Shown here piece by piece: positions 50,781 through 59,596 of a stretch of 64,000 bases of DNA; the first letter of the stretch is position 1; the number at the start of each line of letters is the position of its first letter. Under the pieces are notes generated by a model, which ran no database searches, was not told where the DNA came from, and was given only the letters and a program-made list of their open reading frames with translations. The position numbers and the translations under genes are program-made. This stretch comes from a virus. The stretch covers positions 96,001-160,000 of the IMG/VR virus record IMGVR_UViG_3300047476_000982; one strand, 5' to 3'.

Positions 50781-51056
50781 TTATTTTTTGTTTGTTAATT
50801 TAGTTTCTAATTTATCTAATCTTGAATCCAATTGTGAATAAATGTCTTTTTCAAAATTATCAATTCTTGAATGACAATGTCTATTCTCTTCAGCTATATT
50901 CTGATAAATTTCACCTACAACTGAATCAAGTTGTCTTTGGGTATTATCTAATTGATTTTTCACTTTTATTACCTTAACGAAAGCATAAGTAGCAACTATA
51001 GCTAAAGCTATAACCACAACGAATGCTATCCCTAAAACGAATGATAGTGTTTCCAT
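50781..51056 (-). CDS. membrane-anchored coiled-coil protein flanked by 16-bp inverted repeats
   Basis: Start METLSF; one N-terminal TM segment. Confidence 0.7.
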   Translation of the reverse strand: METLSFVLGIAFVVVIALAIVATYAFVKVIKVKNQLDNTQRQLDSVVGEIYQNIAEENRHCHSRIDNFEKDIYSQLDSRLDKLETKLTNKK

Positions 51057-51095
51057 AATTTGTTTCTCCTTATATGTCAAAGAACAGTAGCCTTG

Positions 51096-51169
51096 TTGAC
51101 CCTCTCGGGCTTGAACCGAGGACCCACAGATTATGAGTCTGTTGCTCTAACCAACTGAGCTAAGGATCA
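51096..51169 (-). tRNA. tRNA-Ile2/Met(CAT)
   Basis: Anticodon arm ACAGA-CTCATAA-TCTGT; not an initiator type; Ile2 vs Met not resolved. Confidence 0.9.
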
Positions 51170-51181
51170 ATCTTGATTCAG

Positions 51182-51253
51182 AGCCCCCGCCCAGAATCGA
51201 ACTGAGTTATCGTGATTACAAGTCACGCGCATCGCCAGCAATGCTTAAGGGGC
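51182..51253 (-). tRNA. tRNA-Thr(TGT)
   Basis: Anticodon arm CGTGA-CTTGTAA-TCACG. Confidence 0.92.
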
Positions 51254-51254
51254 A

Positions 51255-51283
51255 TAAAAAAAGGAAGCCATTTCTGGCCTCCC
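51255..51283 (-). terminator. rho-independent terminator
   Basis: GGGAGGCCA-GAAA-TGGCTTCCT followed by a U-run. Confidence 0.85.
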
Positions 51284-51625
51284 TCTAAAAACATGATGGG
51301 AGTAACGATTACCCATAATCCCTGGACGGACCCCTTTTCACCCATAGTCCACAAAGATGATCAGTCTAAGTGTTAAGACTAGCTGGATTGACTACCAGCA
51401 ACGCCTGCGGAGATCGTCCGAATTATCTTCAGCGTATCCAGAGCACTTTCAGGTTGCGCATTCTACCCTCAGTGGTGGTGGTTTTAACTCATCCGTCTGT
51501 GATACCCAGCTCAATAGCTTTTCAGCTATCTACCAGTGCCTTAGCAGCTCTCAACCACTTATTCGGCCACAGTTTGATAAATGACTTAGCCTGGGACAGT
51601 GAACCAGGAGAACTGTGCTAAGTAC
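51284..51625 (-). ncRNA. candidate large structured ncRNA of unknown family
   Basis: GC-enriched, no credible ORF, many hairpins, lies between the tmRNA and a terminator. Confidence 0.6.
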
Positions 51626-51630
51626 TTTAG

Positions 51631-52019
51631 TGGAGATAGTGGGATTCGAACCCACGTCTCCGAAAGAGACAATAATACTAACGTCTCACATGCTTAGTAC
51701 TGCTTGCGCTGCACCGTAAGGGCTGACTTGTTATGGTCGGATCCACCACTTGATTTATTATATCGACATCAAGAAACTAACTCACAGTCCTTATTTAACG
51801 AGTCGATCGTGAATACTCGGAGTAGTTCTGTTCCTAGGTTACTCACCCGTAGTTGACTAGGCAGCTACTGCGTAGTCAGCACCAACGAATGCCATAGCAT
51901 CTTCGAAGGTGAATGAAGATAATTCTTCAGCGTTTATTGTTTAGTATCTTCTAAGGCAGTATACTCAAATGCCTGCATGTAGTATTACCTCTACATCCGG
52001 ATCGATACCGGTTATCCCC
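51631..52019 (-). ncRNA. ssrA: tmRNA
   Basis: 5' GGGGATA / 3' TATCTCC-A with a G3-U pair, T-arm GTGGGTTCGAATCCCAC, and tag ORF 51857-51931 (AEELSSFTFEDAMAFVGADYAVAA*) after ATAAAC. Confidence 0.95.
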
Positions 52020-52032
52020 ATATGTTAAAGAA

Positions 52033-52245
52033 CTATATAGTATAGTCTACTACAGATTGTTCATCGTAAACAGTTTCATCGCTAGTAATAAGAGGAACAA
52101 ATCTATTAGAGTTGAATGATGTATATCCTTCTGGCACATTTATCTCTTCTAATAGGAAGTTATTACTAACAGTTACTTGAGCTACGGTATAAACTTCACC
52201 TTCAGTAAGTACGCCTTCATATCCATTTATACACAAAACTTTCAT
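52033..52245 (-). CDS. hypothetical protein
   Basis: Start trimmed to MKVLCING. Confidence 0.6.
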   Translation of the reverse strand: MKVLCINGYEGVLTEGEVYTVAQVTVSNNFLLEEINVPEGYTSFNSNRFVPLITSDETVYDEQSVVDYTI

Positions 52246-52326
52246 ATAATAAGTATTTGATTTTATAGAAAAAGACGTTTCAACGGTAGTCGTTCCGAGC
52301 ATTTCCCTCGACCCTTGTTCAATAGA

Positions 52327-52572
52327 TTAAGGAAGCTTAACTTCTTCTAAAGACTCATTGTCTTTATTATCTGTTGAAATTTTACTTGCTGATTCTGAAC
52401 CACTGATTGCATCGTTTAATTGAGCAGAATCAGTTACTACATTTGCAGAATCAACTGGAGCTACTACTGAATCTACAGGAGCTACAAGTGAATCAGTGGC
52501 AGGAGTTTCACCAGAACCACCACAAGAGGCAAGCATAACAAGCATTGCCATAGCGATAACCATCTTTTTCAT
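52327..52572 (-). CDS. small low-complexity lipoprotein
   Basis: MKKMVIAMAMLVMLASC lipobox; DSxxA repeats; TATATTTG at 52598-52605. Confidence 0.8.
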   Translation of the reverse strand: MKKMVIAMAMLVMLASCGGSGETPATDSLVAPVDSVVAPVDSANVVTDSAQLNDAISGSESASKISTDNKDNESLEEVKLP

Positions 52573-52656
52573 TTTTCTATTTTGATTTGTTTCAATACAA
52601 ATATAAGATAGATTTGTTTATTGGATATAATTAATCTTTATAGTGAGATACTTTTT

Positions 52657-53847
52657 TTATTGTCCCTTACTAGGGAATTTAGTCCAACCATTAATCCAAG
52701 TAGGCATAGCTAATTCAGGAATAATAACGTCAATCTCTTTATTACCTTTTCCTAAAGCTAGTGTTTTAAGTTGATCATTAGTTAGAATTGTAGTTGCTTT
52801 ACTAATAAAATTTAAAGTTGGATTAAATGCACCTACTGAATTGTTTTCGAATATAGATACACCGTCTTTTACTGCTTGAGCTGTTTCATTACTTTCTAAA
52901 CTAAGTCCACCTTTCATCCAACCGTAGATTGCACTATTCTTTACTGTGAATTGAGTAGCTCTTCTAAATCTTAAACCTAGATTGTGGTTCGCTAATGCGG
53001 TTTGATTATTAGGTCCAACTAATACCATTCCAATTAATTTAGGATGCGTAAATGGTTGTGCCAGTGAGCCCACACCATCATTATCACATTCTACACCATT
53101 ACCAGCATCACCGTTATCTACAAATAAAGGATCGCGTTTTGCAATACCATTTGTTACAGTTCCAGTATACCCAAAATCAAAGTCAAAATCATCATCTGCT
53201 GTAGCATAAGCATAAAGATTTTTTGGAGATACAGTACCACCAAAAAATTCAAATGCATCGTCATTAGCGTAAATAGTTTGTACATTTTCAATTACTGTAC
53301 CAGAACCTACACCACCTAAAGTAAGTGCATTAATTTCTGAGTTAGGTAGTGCAGCAATACCGGCATACTCAATACGAACATACTTTAGTATACCACTATT
53401 ATCTCCATCATCATTACCACCAAATGGACGGCCAATACCGCCTTCAATAGTTGGTTCAGATGAACGATTAGTTTTTGCTTTACCTAATATTACAATTCCA
53501 CCCCAGTCACCAGGAGACCTCTCGCCGGCGATTTTTCCTGAGGTAAAAATGATTGGTTTTGTTGCCGTACCTTCTGCAATAATCTTTGCACCTCTCTCAA
53601 TGCACAAAGCACCTTTTTCTGCAATGTCACTTTTGATTACAGTTCCAGGTTGAATAATTAACGTAGCGCCATCTTTAACATAAACGTATCCTTTTAAAGT
53701 CCATTCTTTATCAGAAGTAAGAGTTGTAGTTATTGTGATATTACCTGTAATTGTTTTGTCAGTAGGTACATTAATAGGCGCATCTATTTGTTCTTTTTTA
53801 CAAGCGAATAAACCGATAATTACTAAAAATAAAGTTAGCTTTTTCAT
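52657..53847 (-). CDS. beta-helix-like surface lipoprotein of the type paired with TonB receptors
   Basis: Lipobox LFAC; TLIIQPGTVIK, GDWGGIVILG, NSGILKYVRIEYAG, DDAFEFFGG. Confidence 0.8.
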   Translation of the reverse strand: MKKLTLFLVIIGLFACKKEQIDAPINVPTDKTITGNITITTTLTSDKEWTLKGYVYVKDGATLIIQPGTVIKSDIAEKGALCIERGAKIIAEGTATKPIIFTSGKIAGERSPGDWGGIVILGKAKTNRSSEPTIEGGIGRPFGGNDDGDNSGILKYVRIEYAGIAALPNSEINALTLGGVGSGTVIENVQTIYANDDAFEFFGGTVSPKNLYAYATADDDFDFDFGYTGTVTNGIAKRDPLFVDNGDAGNGVECDNDGVGSLAQPFTHPKLIGMVLVGPNNQTALANHNLGLRFRRATQFTVKNSAIYGWMKGGLSLESNETAQAVKDGVSIFENNSVGAFNPTLNFISKATTILTNDQLKTLALGKGNKEIDVIIPELAMPTWINGWTKFPSKGQ

Positions 53848-56093
53848 AAATTCAAATTAAATGTTAATGAAATTGATTGTTCGTTATTTGTTTTAATTAA
53901 ATTGCCCCTTGATTTTTGATAATAAACAGAAGGTTGGGCAAGTATATCACCTACTGCTAATTTTATTTCTCCTTTACCTACCTTACGTAAGAATACTAAA
54001 TCTATAACATCTCTAGAGTTTTCAAATATGTCATCGTATCCTTGAAAACCTACTGCTGATATTCTATCTCCAACTCTATTATAAGAAAGGTTGATTGTGT
54101 TTTTTCCTTTATGTAAATTCAATCCACCATTTACAACATAATTAGATTGCCCTTGTAATTGTCTTTTTCTACCGTTAACAACTACTTCAGATTTAACTAT
54201 AGAAGTATTAGTATAAGCATCTAACCAATTAGTTATTTTTTTACGAAACTCTATTTCAAATCCAGCAACTAATGCTTGATCTGGATTCAAGTATGTTAGT
54301 AATAGATTTGATGGTACTGATCCATCTGCTACTATTTGTTCAATTGGCTTTTTAAAGTCTTTAATAAAGAAAGCTCCTGATATGTTTTCACTTTGTTTAG
54401 GATAGTATTCTAACTTAATATCAACGTTATAAACATCTGTCTTTTGTAGATTGGGATTACCTAATAGTTGGGCATTACGTACAAAATCATAGTATGCAAA
54501 GTTAGCAACTTCTCTAAACTCAGGTCTTGCTAATGTTTTACTAGCAGATATTCTATACTTAAATCTATCCCATTCATAAGAAAAGTTTACTGAAGGTAAA
54601 AGGTCTAGATACTTTCTATTTACATTAACTCTCGTACCACTAAAGTCTGCGGTTTGTACATTAAACAAATTGTATTCTGTTCTTAAACCTGCATTTACTT
54701 TCCAACCATTTAATTCGCCTTCATATAAAGCATATGCACTTGCTAAATCAAAATCTGCAGAATACTTGTCAGTATTATTAGTAATTTCGTCTAACATATC
54801 TTCAGAAGTATATCTAAAGATTCTAGCTTTAAAAGTTCTGTATTTTTTAATATAGCTTGAACCTATTTTAAAACCACCTAATTGTTTATTCACGCCGGCA
54901 TTTAAACCATTTTCATCCATGTCACTCCAAAAACGATAAGTATCTCTCCATGCAATTGCATAAGGTTCATTAACTCCTAATGACTTAGTTATTGGATTAA
55001 TTCTATAGTCTGGTTGTTTTCTAATCATTAAATTATATCCTACATTAAAATCAAAAGTTTTAATCTTGCCATCAAATTGAGAATTGATTAATGTTTTAAC
55101 TATATTATTAGACGCATTACTTCTTACATCTTGAACATTATCGTAATTCTCGCCTATACGAGTTAAATAAGATTGTTCTACTTGATGATTAAATAAAGTT
55201 TTTAAACTATATCTATTTTTTCCTGTATAAGTTACATTAAAAAGCCCATTTAACAATTGAACTCTACTAAATGAAGTATCTCTGTATTTGTATGCTAATT
55301 CTGTTGATGATTGATAATCTTGTCTATCAATATAATTTAGTGCGTAAGTATTTCTTGCAGTTGAACTAAATAATACGTTCCACTTATTTCTTTTTAATCC
55401 AAAAGAAAGCGATCCATTTAAGTTAGGAATAGATTTAAATTCTTGAACAATTGGAGACTTTATGAGACTTGTGTAATTCTTTTTCTCTGTGTTTGTGCTT
55501 ACGCGATAAATGTAAGTGGATGGAAATTGAGTGGGGAAGGTCGTATAATCCACCAATTTGAAATTTTGGGAAGTTGAAACGGCCCCGTAATTCACTCCGA
55601 GGCCTAATGAGAAAAAATCATTAGATACATCTTTTGTAGTTACTTGAACAATTCCTCCTGCAAAATCACCAGGCAAATTTGCTGTAGCTGACTTTGCTAC
55701 TATGATATTATCTATGAGTCCTGATGGAATAATATCAAATGAAAATGCTCTACGATCAGGTTCTGTTGATGGTAAAATAGTTTTATTCAGCATAGCAGAA
55801 TTATATCTATCTGCTAAACCTCTAACTAATACAAACTTATCGTTCTGTATAGTAACACCATTAACTCTTTTAAGTGCATCACCTACACTACGATCAGGAG
55901 TTTTCTTTATAAACTCAACAGAAAGCCCATCAGATATAACAGAACTATTTCTGATGCTATTAATCACTGCAATGTTAGATTCTTTCTTTTGAACAGAACG
56001 AATCGTAATATTATCTAGTTTTTGATTGAATAAAGTGTCTTGGGAAAAGGATAAAACTGGAAATAGTAAAAATAGTAACGCTTTTAATTTCAT
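53844..56093 (-). CDS. TonB-dependent receptor
   Basis: Plug motifs (DALKRVNGVT, VRGLADRYN, GDFAGG), GNPNL, C-terminal barrel strand ISLTFNLNL; start trimmed to MKLKALLF. Confidence 0.93.
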   Translation of the reverse strand: MKLKALLFLLFPVLSFSQDTLFNQKLDNITIRSVQKKESNIAVINSIRNSSVISDGLSVEFIKKTPDRSVGDALKRVNGVTIQNDKFVLVRGLADRYNSAMLNKTILPSTEPDRRAFSFDIIPSGLIDNIIVAKSATANLPGDFAGGIVQVTTKDVSNDFFSLGLGVNYGAVSTSQNFKLVDYTTFPTQFPSTYIYRVSTNTEKKNYTSLIKSPIVQEFKSIPNLNGSLSFGLKRNKWNVLFSSTARNTYALNYIDRQDYQSSTELAYKYRDTSFSRVQLLNGLFNVTYTGKNRYSLKTLFNHQVEQSYLTRIGENYDNVQDVRSNASNNIVKTLINSQFDGKIKTFDFNVGYNLMIRKQPDYRINPITKSLGVNEPYAIAWRDTYRFWSDMDENGLNAGVNKQLGGFKIGSSYIKKYRTFKARIFRYTSEDMLDEITNNTDKYSADFDLASAYALYEGELNGWKVNAGLRTEYNLFNVQTADFSGTRVNVNRKYLDLLPSVNFSYEWDRFKYRISASKTLARPEFREVANFAYYDFVRNAQLLGNPNLQKTDVYNVDIKLEYYPKQSENISGAFFIKDFKKPIEQIVADGSVPSNLLLTYLNPDQALVAGFEIEFRKKITNWLDAYTNTSIVKSEVVVNGRKRQLQGQSNYVVNGGLNLHKGKNTINLSYNRVGDRISAVGFQGYDDIFENSRDVIDLVFLRKVGKGEIKLAVGDILAQPSVYYQKSRGNLIKTNNEQSISLTFNLNL

Positions 56094-56167
56094 ATTGTGT
56101 GTTGTCTTTAAATAGATATTTTGAGCTAGTTGCCCAGGCAATATCTTTGTATTATCAAATTATTAAA

Positions 56168-57295
56168 TTAATTAGAAGAATGAGATAGATTTATGTCTCC
56201 TAAAATACAGTACTTAATGTTTTGAGTAACATTAGAAGTCACAACATTAATTGTAAATGAGGCTACTGGGTTAATTGTAGAATAATTGGATCTGTTTATT
56301 AAATCATAATTAGCTGAAGTAAACCATAATACTTGATTTATAGGTCTTAATCCACTAAGGTGGGCTGCTACTAGGTAAGCATCACCTAAATCTAATATAC
56401 CATTTCTATTCACATCAGCTGCTTTCCACTGTTTAGTTCCAGTCATTACTAGACCTTGAGCCGTATTAGATGGTATGTTTATATTTTTAACTTCACCCCA
56501 AATTAAATCAAAGTCAGTTGATGTTATACCTTGAATTGTTAATGAAGGATATATTTTGTAAGTAGTATTATTAGCTGGTACTGTAAATGAGTATGTTCCA
56601 TTTGTAGCTACAGTTTTAGTTTCAACTAAATTTTCACTCGTTCCAACTATTCTATATAAACTAAGTGTAGGATATGAAATTAAAGTTGGTACTGACACTA
56701 TTCCACTTATTGTAGCTAAAGGTACTACTATACCTAATTCAGTAGGTTGTAATGAATAAGCTGATTGTGAAGGTCTTTTCCATACAACTGCCATACCATC
56801 ACCCCCACCATACTCTTGCATTCGGGCGATGAATGTATATGATGTTCCTGCAACTAAACTAACAGAACCATATTGATAGCCACTCATACCGTGACCTCCA
56901 TAAAATGAAGTTACCAAAGCACCATTTATAAGCAAATCAGAACCGTCATCAGAATTTATTCCAAATGTATAGATTCCTGTTTCTGTAGGAGTAAATACTC
57001 CACTCACTTCAACAGCATAAAAATCACCATTATTGGGAATACTAGCACCTGCATTTGATAGTGTTGTCCACGTAGTAAAATTTAAACACGTAGTTGCATT
57101 CATAGTACCACTCCACCATAATGTAGTGTTTGAGTATGATGTATTAGTTAAAATATCCATCTGAGCTTTATTATTGGCAAAATTGGGATATTGTGAAGTA
57201 TTACCATTACCAGCATGTGTACGAAACACTTTTACATTTAGTGTTTGTCCAAATGTTAAAATAGGAAATAATAATATAACTAAGACTCTGATCAT
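56168..57295 (-). CDS. secreted PA14-domain protein with a dockerin-like Ca-binding module
   Basis: Signal peptide; FGINSDDGSDL and EYGGGD (PA14); ADVNRNGILDLGDAY and GDIN. Confidence 0.8.
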   Translation of the reverse strand: MIRVLVILLFPILTFGQTLNVKVFRTHAGNGNTSQYPNFANNKAQMDILTNTSYSNTTLWWSGTMNATTCLNFTTWTTLSNAGASIPNNGDFYAVEVSGVFTPTETGIYTFGINSDDGSDLLINGALVTSFYGGHGMSGYQYGSVSLVAGTSYTFIARMQEYGGGDGMAVVWKRPSQSAYSLQPTELGIVVPLATISGIVSVPTLISYPTLSLYRIVGTSENLVETKTVATNGTYSFTVPANNTTYKIYPSLTIQGITSTDFDLIWGEVKNINIPSNTAQGLVMTGTKQWKAADVNRNGILDLGDAYLVAAHLSGLRPINQVLWFTSANYDLINRSNYSTINPVASFTINVVTSNVTQNIKYCILGDINLSHSSN

Positions 57296-58551
57296 AAATT
57301 AACTTTACTACCAATTAAGAAAAATGATAGCATTGGTATTTCAGTATTAGTACTTACATTTAGTTTATAGTTAAAGTTAAATTTAAAACGTTTAGTTATT
57401 TTATAGTCAAATCCAGATCCTATAAAAGCTGCAAACGTTCTATCCGTTGATGTTACTCTATCTTTTGCAGAATATATTAACGGAGTTGACATAATATACA
57501 ATTCCGGTGATATGGTTAATTTTTTCCCTGTAGTGAATGGTTTTGTATAGAAAGCAGTTACTGTTGGACTAAAGAAAGAACTCTTGTCTTCAGATATAAG
57601 TGCACCAGACGCGCTCACATTGAATCCTGTAACACCATATTTGTTTAAATTGATAATACCACTGTAACCTGCAAAACCTATCAGATTGCCATAAGAATAA
57701 ACACCGGTTATACTGAAGTTATGAATGTATCTTAAAGATCCTGATTTGCTAAATTGCATTTTAGTGTATCTTCCTGAAAGTGCAAATTGTTTAAAATTCA
57801 TCCATATCATTCCTGTTAGTCCCCAACTAGAAGCTCCAGTCATTGAAGATTGCGAAAGTCCTAAATTAAGTATTGGAGTGAAAGAACCATTTAAATTCTG
57901 GGCAGTTGTTAGATCTGATTGTACTAACATAGGATTAGAGTTAGAAGCCTTTGCTTTAGAGCCGCCACCTTTTCCTCCACCTGATTTGCCTCCTCCACTA
58001 TTTGAACTAGTTTCTGTTTTTTGATCATTACTAGCATCTTGACTTGATGTTGTACTAGAAGCAACTTCTTGACTTCCTTGTTCAGATCCGCCACTAGAAG
58101 ACGCGCTAGATGATACGCTACTAGTAGCACTAGAAGAAACACTAGACGTTGCACTAGATGACACGCTACTAACCGCACTAGAAGTAACTGATGACACAGC
58201 AGACGTAGATGCTGATCCTATTACATTACTTACTACACTTTGAACTGCGTTACCTACTACTTGAGATGTAATTTGATTTTGTGTTACTTGACCAGATTGA
58301 ATTGAACAAGGTGATACTTTTCTATAGTCAGAATAAACTTGATTAATCCAACTAGCTAAATTACCATTGGCTACATCACCAGCAATAAATGCTTTTGATT
58401 TATTTAGGAAAAAAATTACGGTGCCATTTGCAGGCACCATAAAAGTACTAACTTGTTTTGTACAAGGATCAATAAATGTATAGACAAGAGATTGGCTCTT
58501 AGTATAGAGTCCAATAAATAGGAACAATATTATGTATAATATCCTTTTCAA
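57292..58551 (-). CDS. secreted protein with a Ser/Gly-rich linker and a probable C-terminal beta-barrel
   Basis: Signal peptide; SSVSSSAT repeats; alternating amphipathic strands in the C-terminal half. Confidence 0.65.
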   Translation of the reverse strand: MKRILYIILFLFIGLYTKSQSLVYTFIDPCTKQVSTFMVPANGTVIFFLNKSKAFIAGDVANGNLASWINQVYSDYRKVSPCSIQSGQVTQNQITSQVVGNAVQSVVSNVIGSASTSAVSSVTSSAVSSVSSSATSSVSSSATSSVSSSASSSGGSEQGSQEVASSTTSSQDASNDQKTETSSNSGGGKSGGGKGGGSKAKASNSNPMLVQSDLTTAQNLNGSFTPILNLGLSQSSMTGASSWGLTGMIWMNFKQFALSGRYTKMQFSKSGSLRYIHNFSITGVYSYGNLIGFAGYSGIINLNKYGVTGFNVSASGALISEDKSSFFSPTVTAFYTKPFTTGKKLTISPELYIMSTPLIYSAKDRVTSTDRTFAAFIGSGFDYKITKRFKFNFNYKLNVSTNTEIPMLSFFLIGSKVNL

Positions 58552-58557
58552 TCATCA

Positions 58558-59280
58558 CTAAGATTTGAATACACCTTTCTTGATCATGCGAGTAAGTATT
58601 CTACCGCATGCAATATCAAGAGCTTTTTTAGTTGCGATTGAAACTGTTGATTGATTAAATTTAACTGGATCTAGAGTAGCATCATTTAATATAGTAAGCT
58701 CTCTTATTGTCTTTGCTTCACCTAAACCTGATGCTGCAATGATTTCTCCTGTCTCTGCATCAGTAAAACGAACTTGAAGACCTAAACGAGTTACCATCAT
58801 ATTCTTTACTCCGTCTTTCATATTAATCTCTTCATCATCACTTACACTCCAATCATACACTTCTATTTCAACAAAGTAATGAGCTAAACGAATTTTACCT
58901 CTACCATCTAACTTGTCTTGGCTTATTCCTGCTTGAGAGGCTTGAAACTGTTTAACCATCCTATTCTTAATCTCTGTTTTATCTTCTGTAAAGCTAAATC
59001 TATTAAGATTCTCCAAATATTCAAGCGTGATGTTAGCCACACCCAAACCCACTTTCTTTTCTTTGAGTTCAGGATATTGCTCATAAAGCTCATCACCAAT
59101 ACCACATTTGAGGATCTGAATTGGTATAGTAGGTCCATCATAATCTAATAATGAATCAATATTAATTTTTGTCTCAAATGAAGCTTTGTATTGCTCTGTA
59201 GTTGTTTTACCTACTACTTGAGCACTACTGCTTAAACCAATAAAAATTGGTATCACTAAAAATAATAATTTATTTACCAT
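58558..59280 (-). CDS. CsgG/HfaB-like outer-membrane protein
   Basis: LENLNRFSFTED...RLGLQVRFTDAETGEIIAASGLGEA. Confidence 0.7.
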   Translation of the reverse strand: MVNKLLFLVIPIFIGLSSSAQVVGKTTTEQYKASFETKINIDSLLDYDGPTIPIQILKCGIGDELYEQYPELKEKKVGLGVANITLEYLENLNRFSFTEDKTEIKNRMVKQFQASQAGISQDKLDGRGKIRLAHYFVEIEVYDWSVSDDEEINMKDGVKNMMVTRLGLQVRFTDAETGEIIAASGLGEAKTIRELTILNDATLDPVKFNQSTVSIATKKALDIACGRILTRMIKKGVFKS

Positions 59281-59594
59281 TGTGCAGGTTGTTCTTTAAA
59301 TTCGTCGCCTTCTTTTTTCTTTTTAGGAGCTTCTTTCTTTTCAACTGGTTTTTCAACCACTCTCTCTTTAATGATAGTTGTACCACCTGAAGCAGCTTGT
59401 TGTTGCTGTTGAGTATTGTTGATAATAATAGAAGGTTGAGCAGCAGGAGTTGCTACTGTTTCTTCTTTATCTCCGCCAAATAGTAGAGTACTAAGCCATA
59501 CGCCACCGCCGGCTACTACGGTTCCTAATGTACCTACTATAGTTTTTTTAAGTCCTGACCATGTACCATCTTGTTGTTCTAATTCTTCTGACAT
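59274..59594 (-). CDS. single-TM protein with a Gln-rich, charged tail
   Basis: ORF track. Confidence 0.65.
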   Translation of the reverse strand: MSEELEQQDGTWSGLKKTIVGTLGTVVAGGGVWLSTLLFGGDKEETVATPAAQPSIIINNTQQQQQAASGGTTIIKERVVEKPVEKKEAPKKKKEGDEFKEQPAQW

Positions 59595-59596
59595 AA

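Noticed and set aside
51284-51625. RNase P RNA, group I intron or hammerhead identity for the large RNA
   Set aside because: No GAGGAAAGUCC or group I P7 core on the transcribed strand; the CTGAAGA is not followed by stem II and GAAA
56114-56149. Plus-strand TTTG-N18-TATCTTTG promoter-like sequence upstream of the TBDT gene as an invertible promoter
   Set aside because: Flanking inverted repeats are only 5-7 bp, spacing is off-consensus, and no invertase is present; it may at most be an antisense promoter
58060-58215. Imperfect tandem DNA repeat
   Set aside because: Explained by the Ser-rich linker (SSVSSSAT) with synonymous variation
6002-59148. Plus-strand track ORFs inside minus-strand genes (e.g. 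6002, 7982, 9308, 19256, 36977, 55702, 57725)
   Set aside because: Antisense shadows of well-supported genes, with no motifs or leaders
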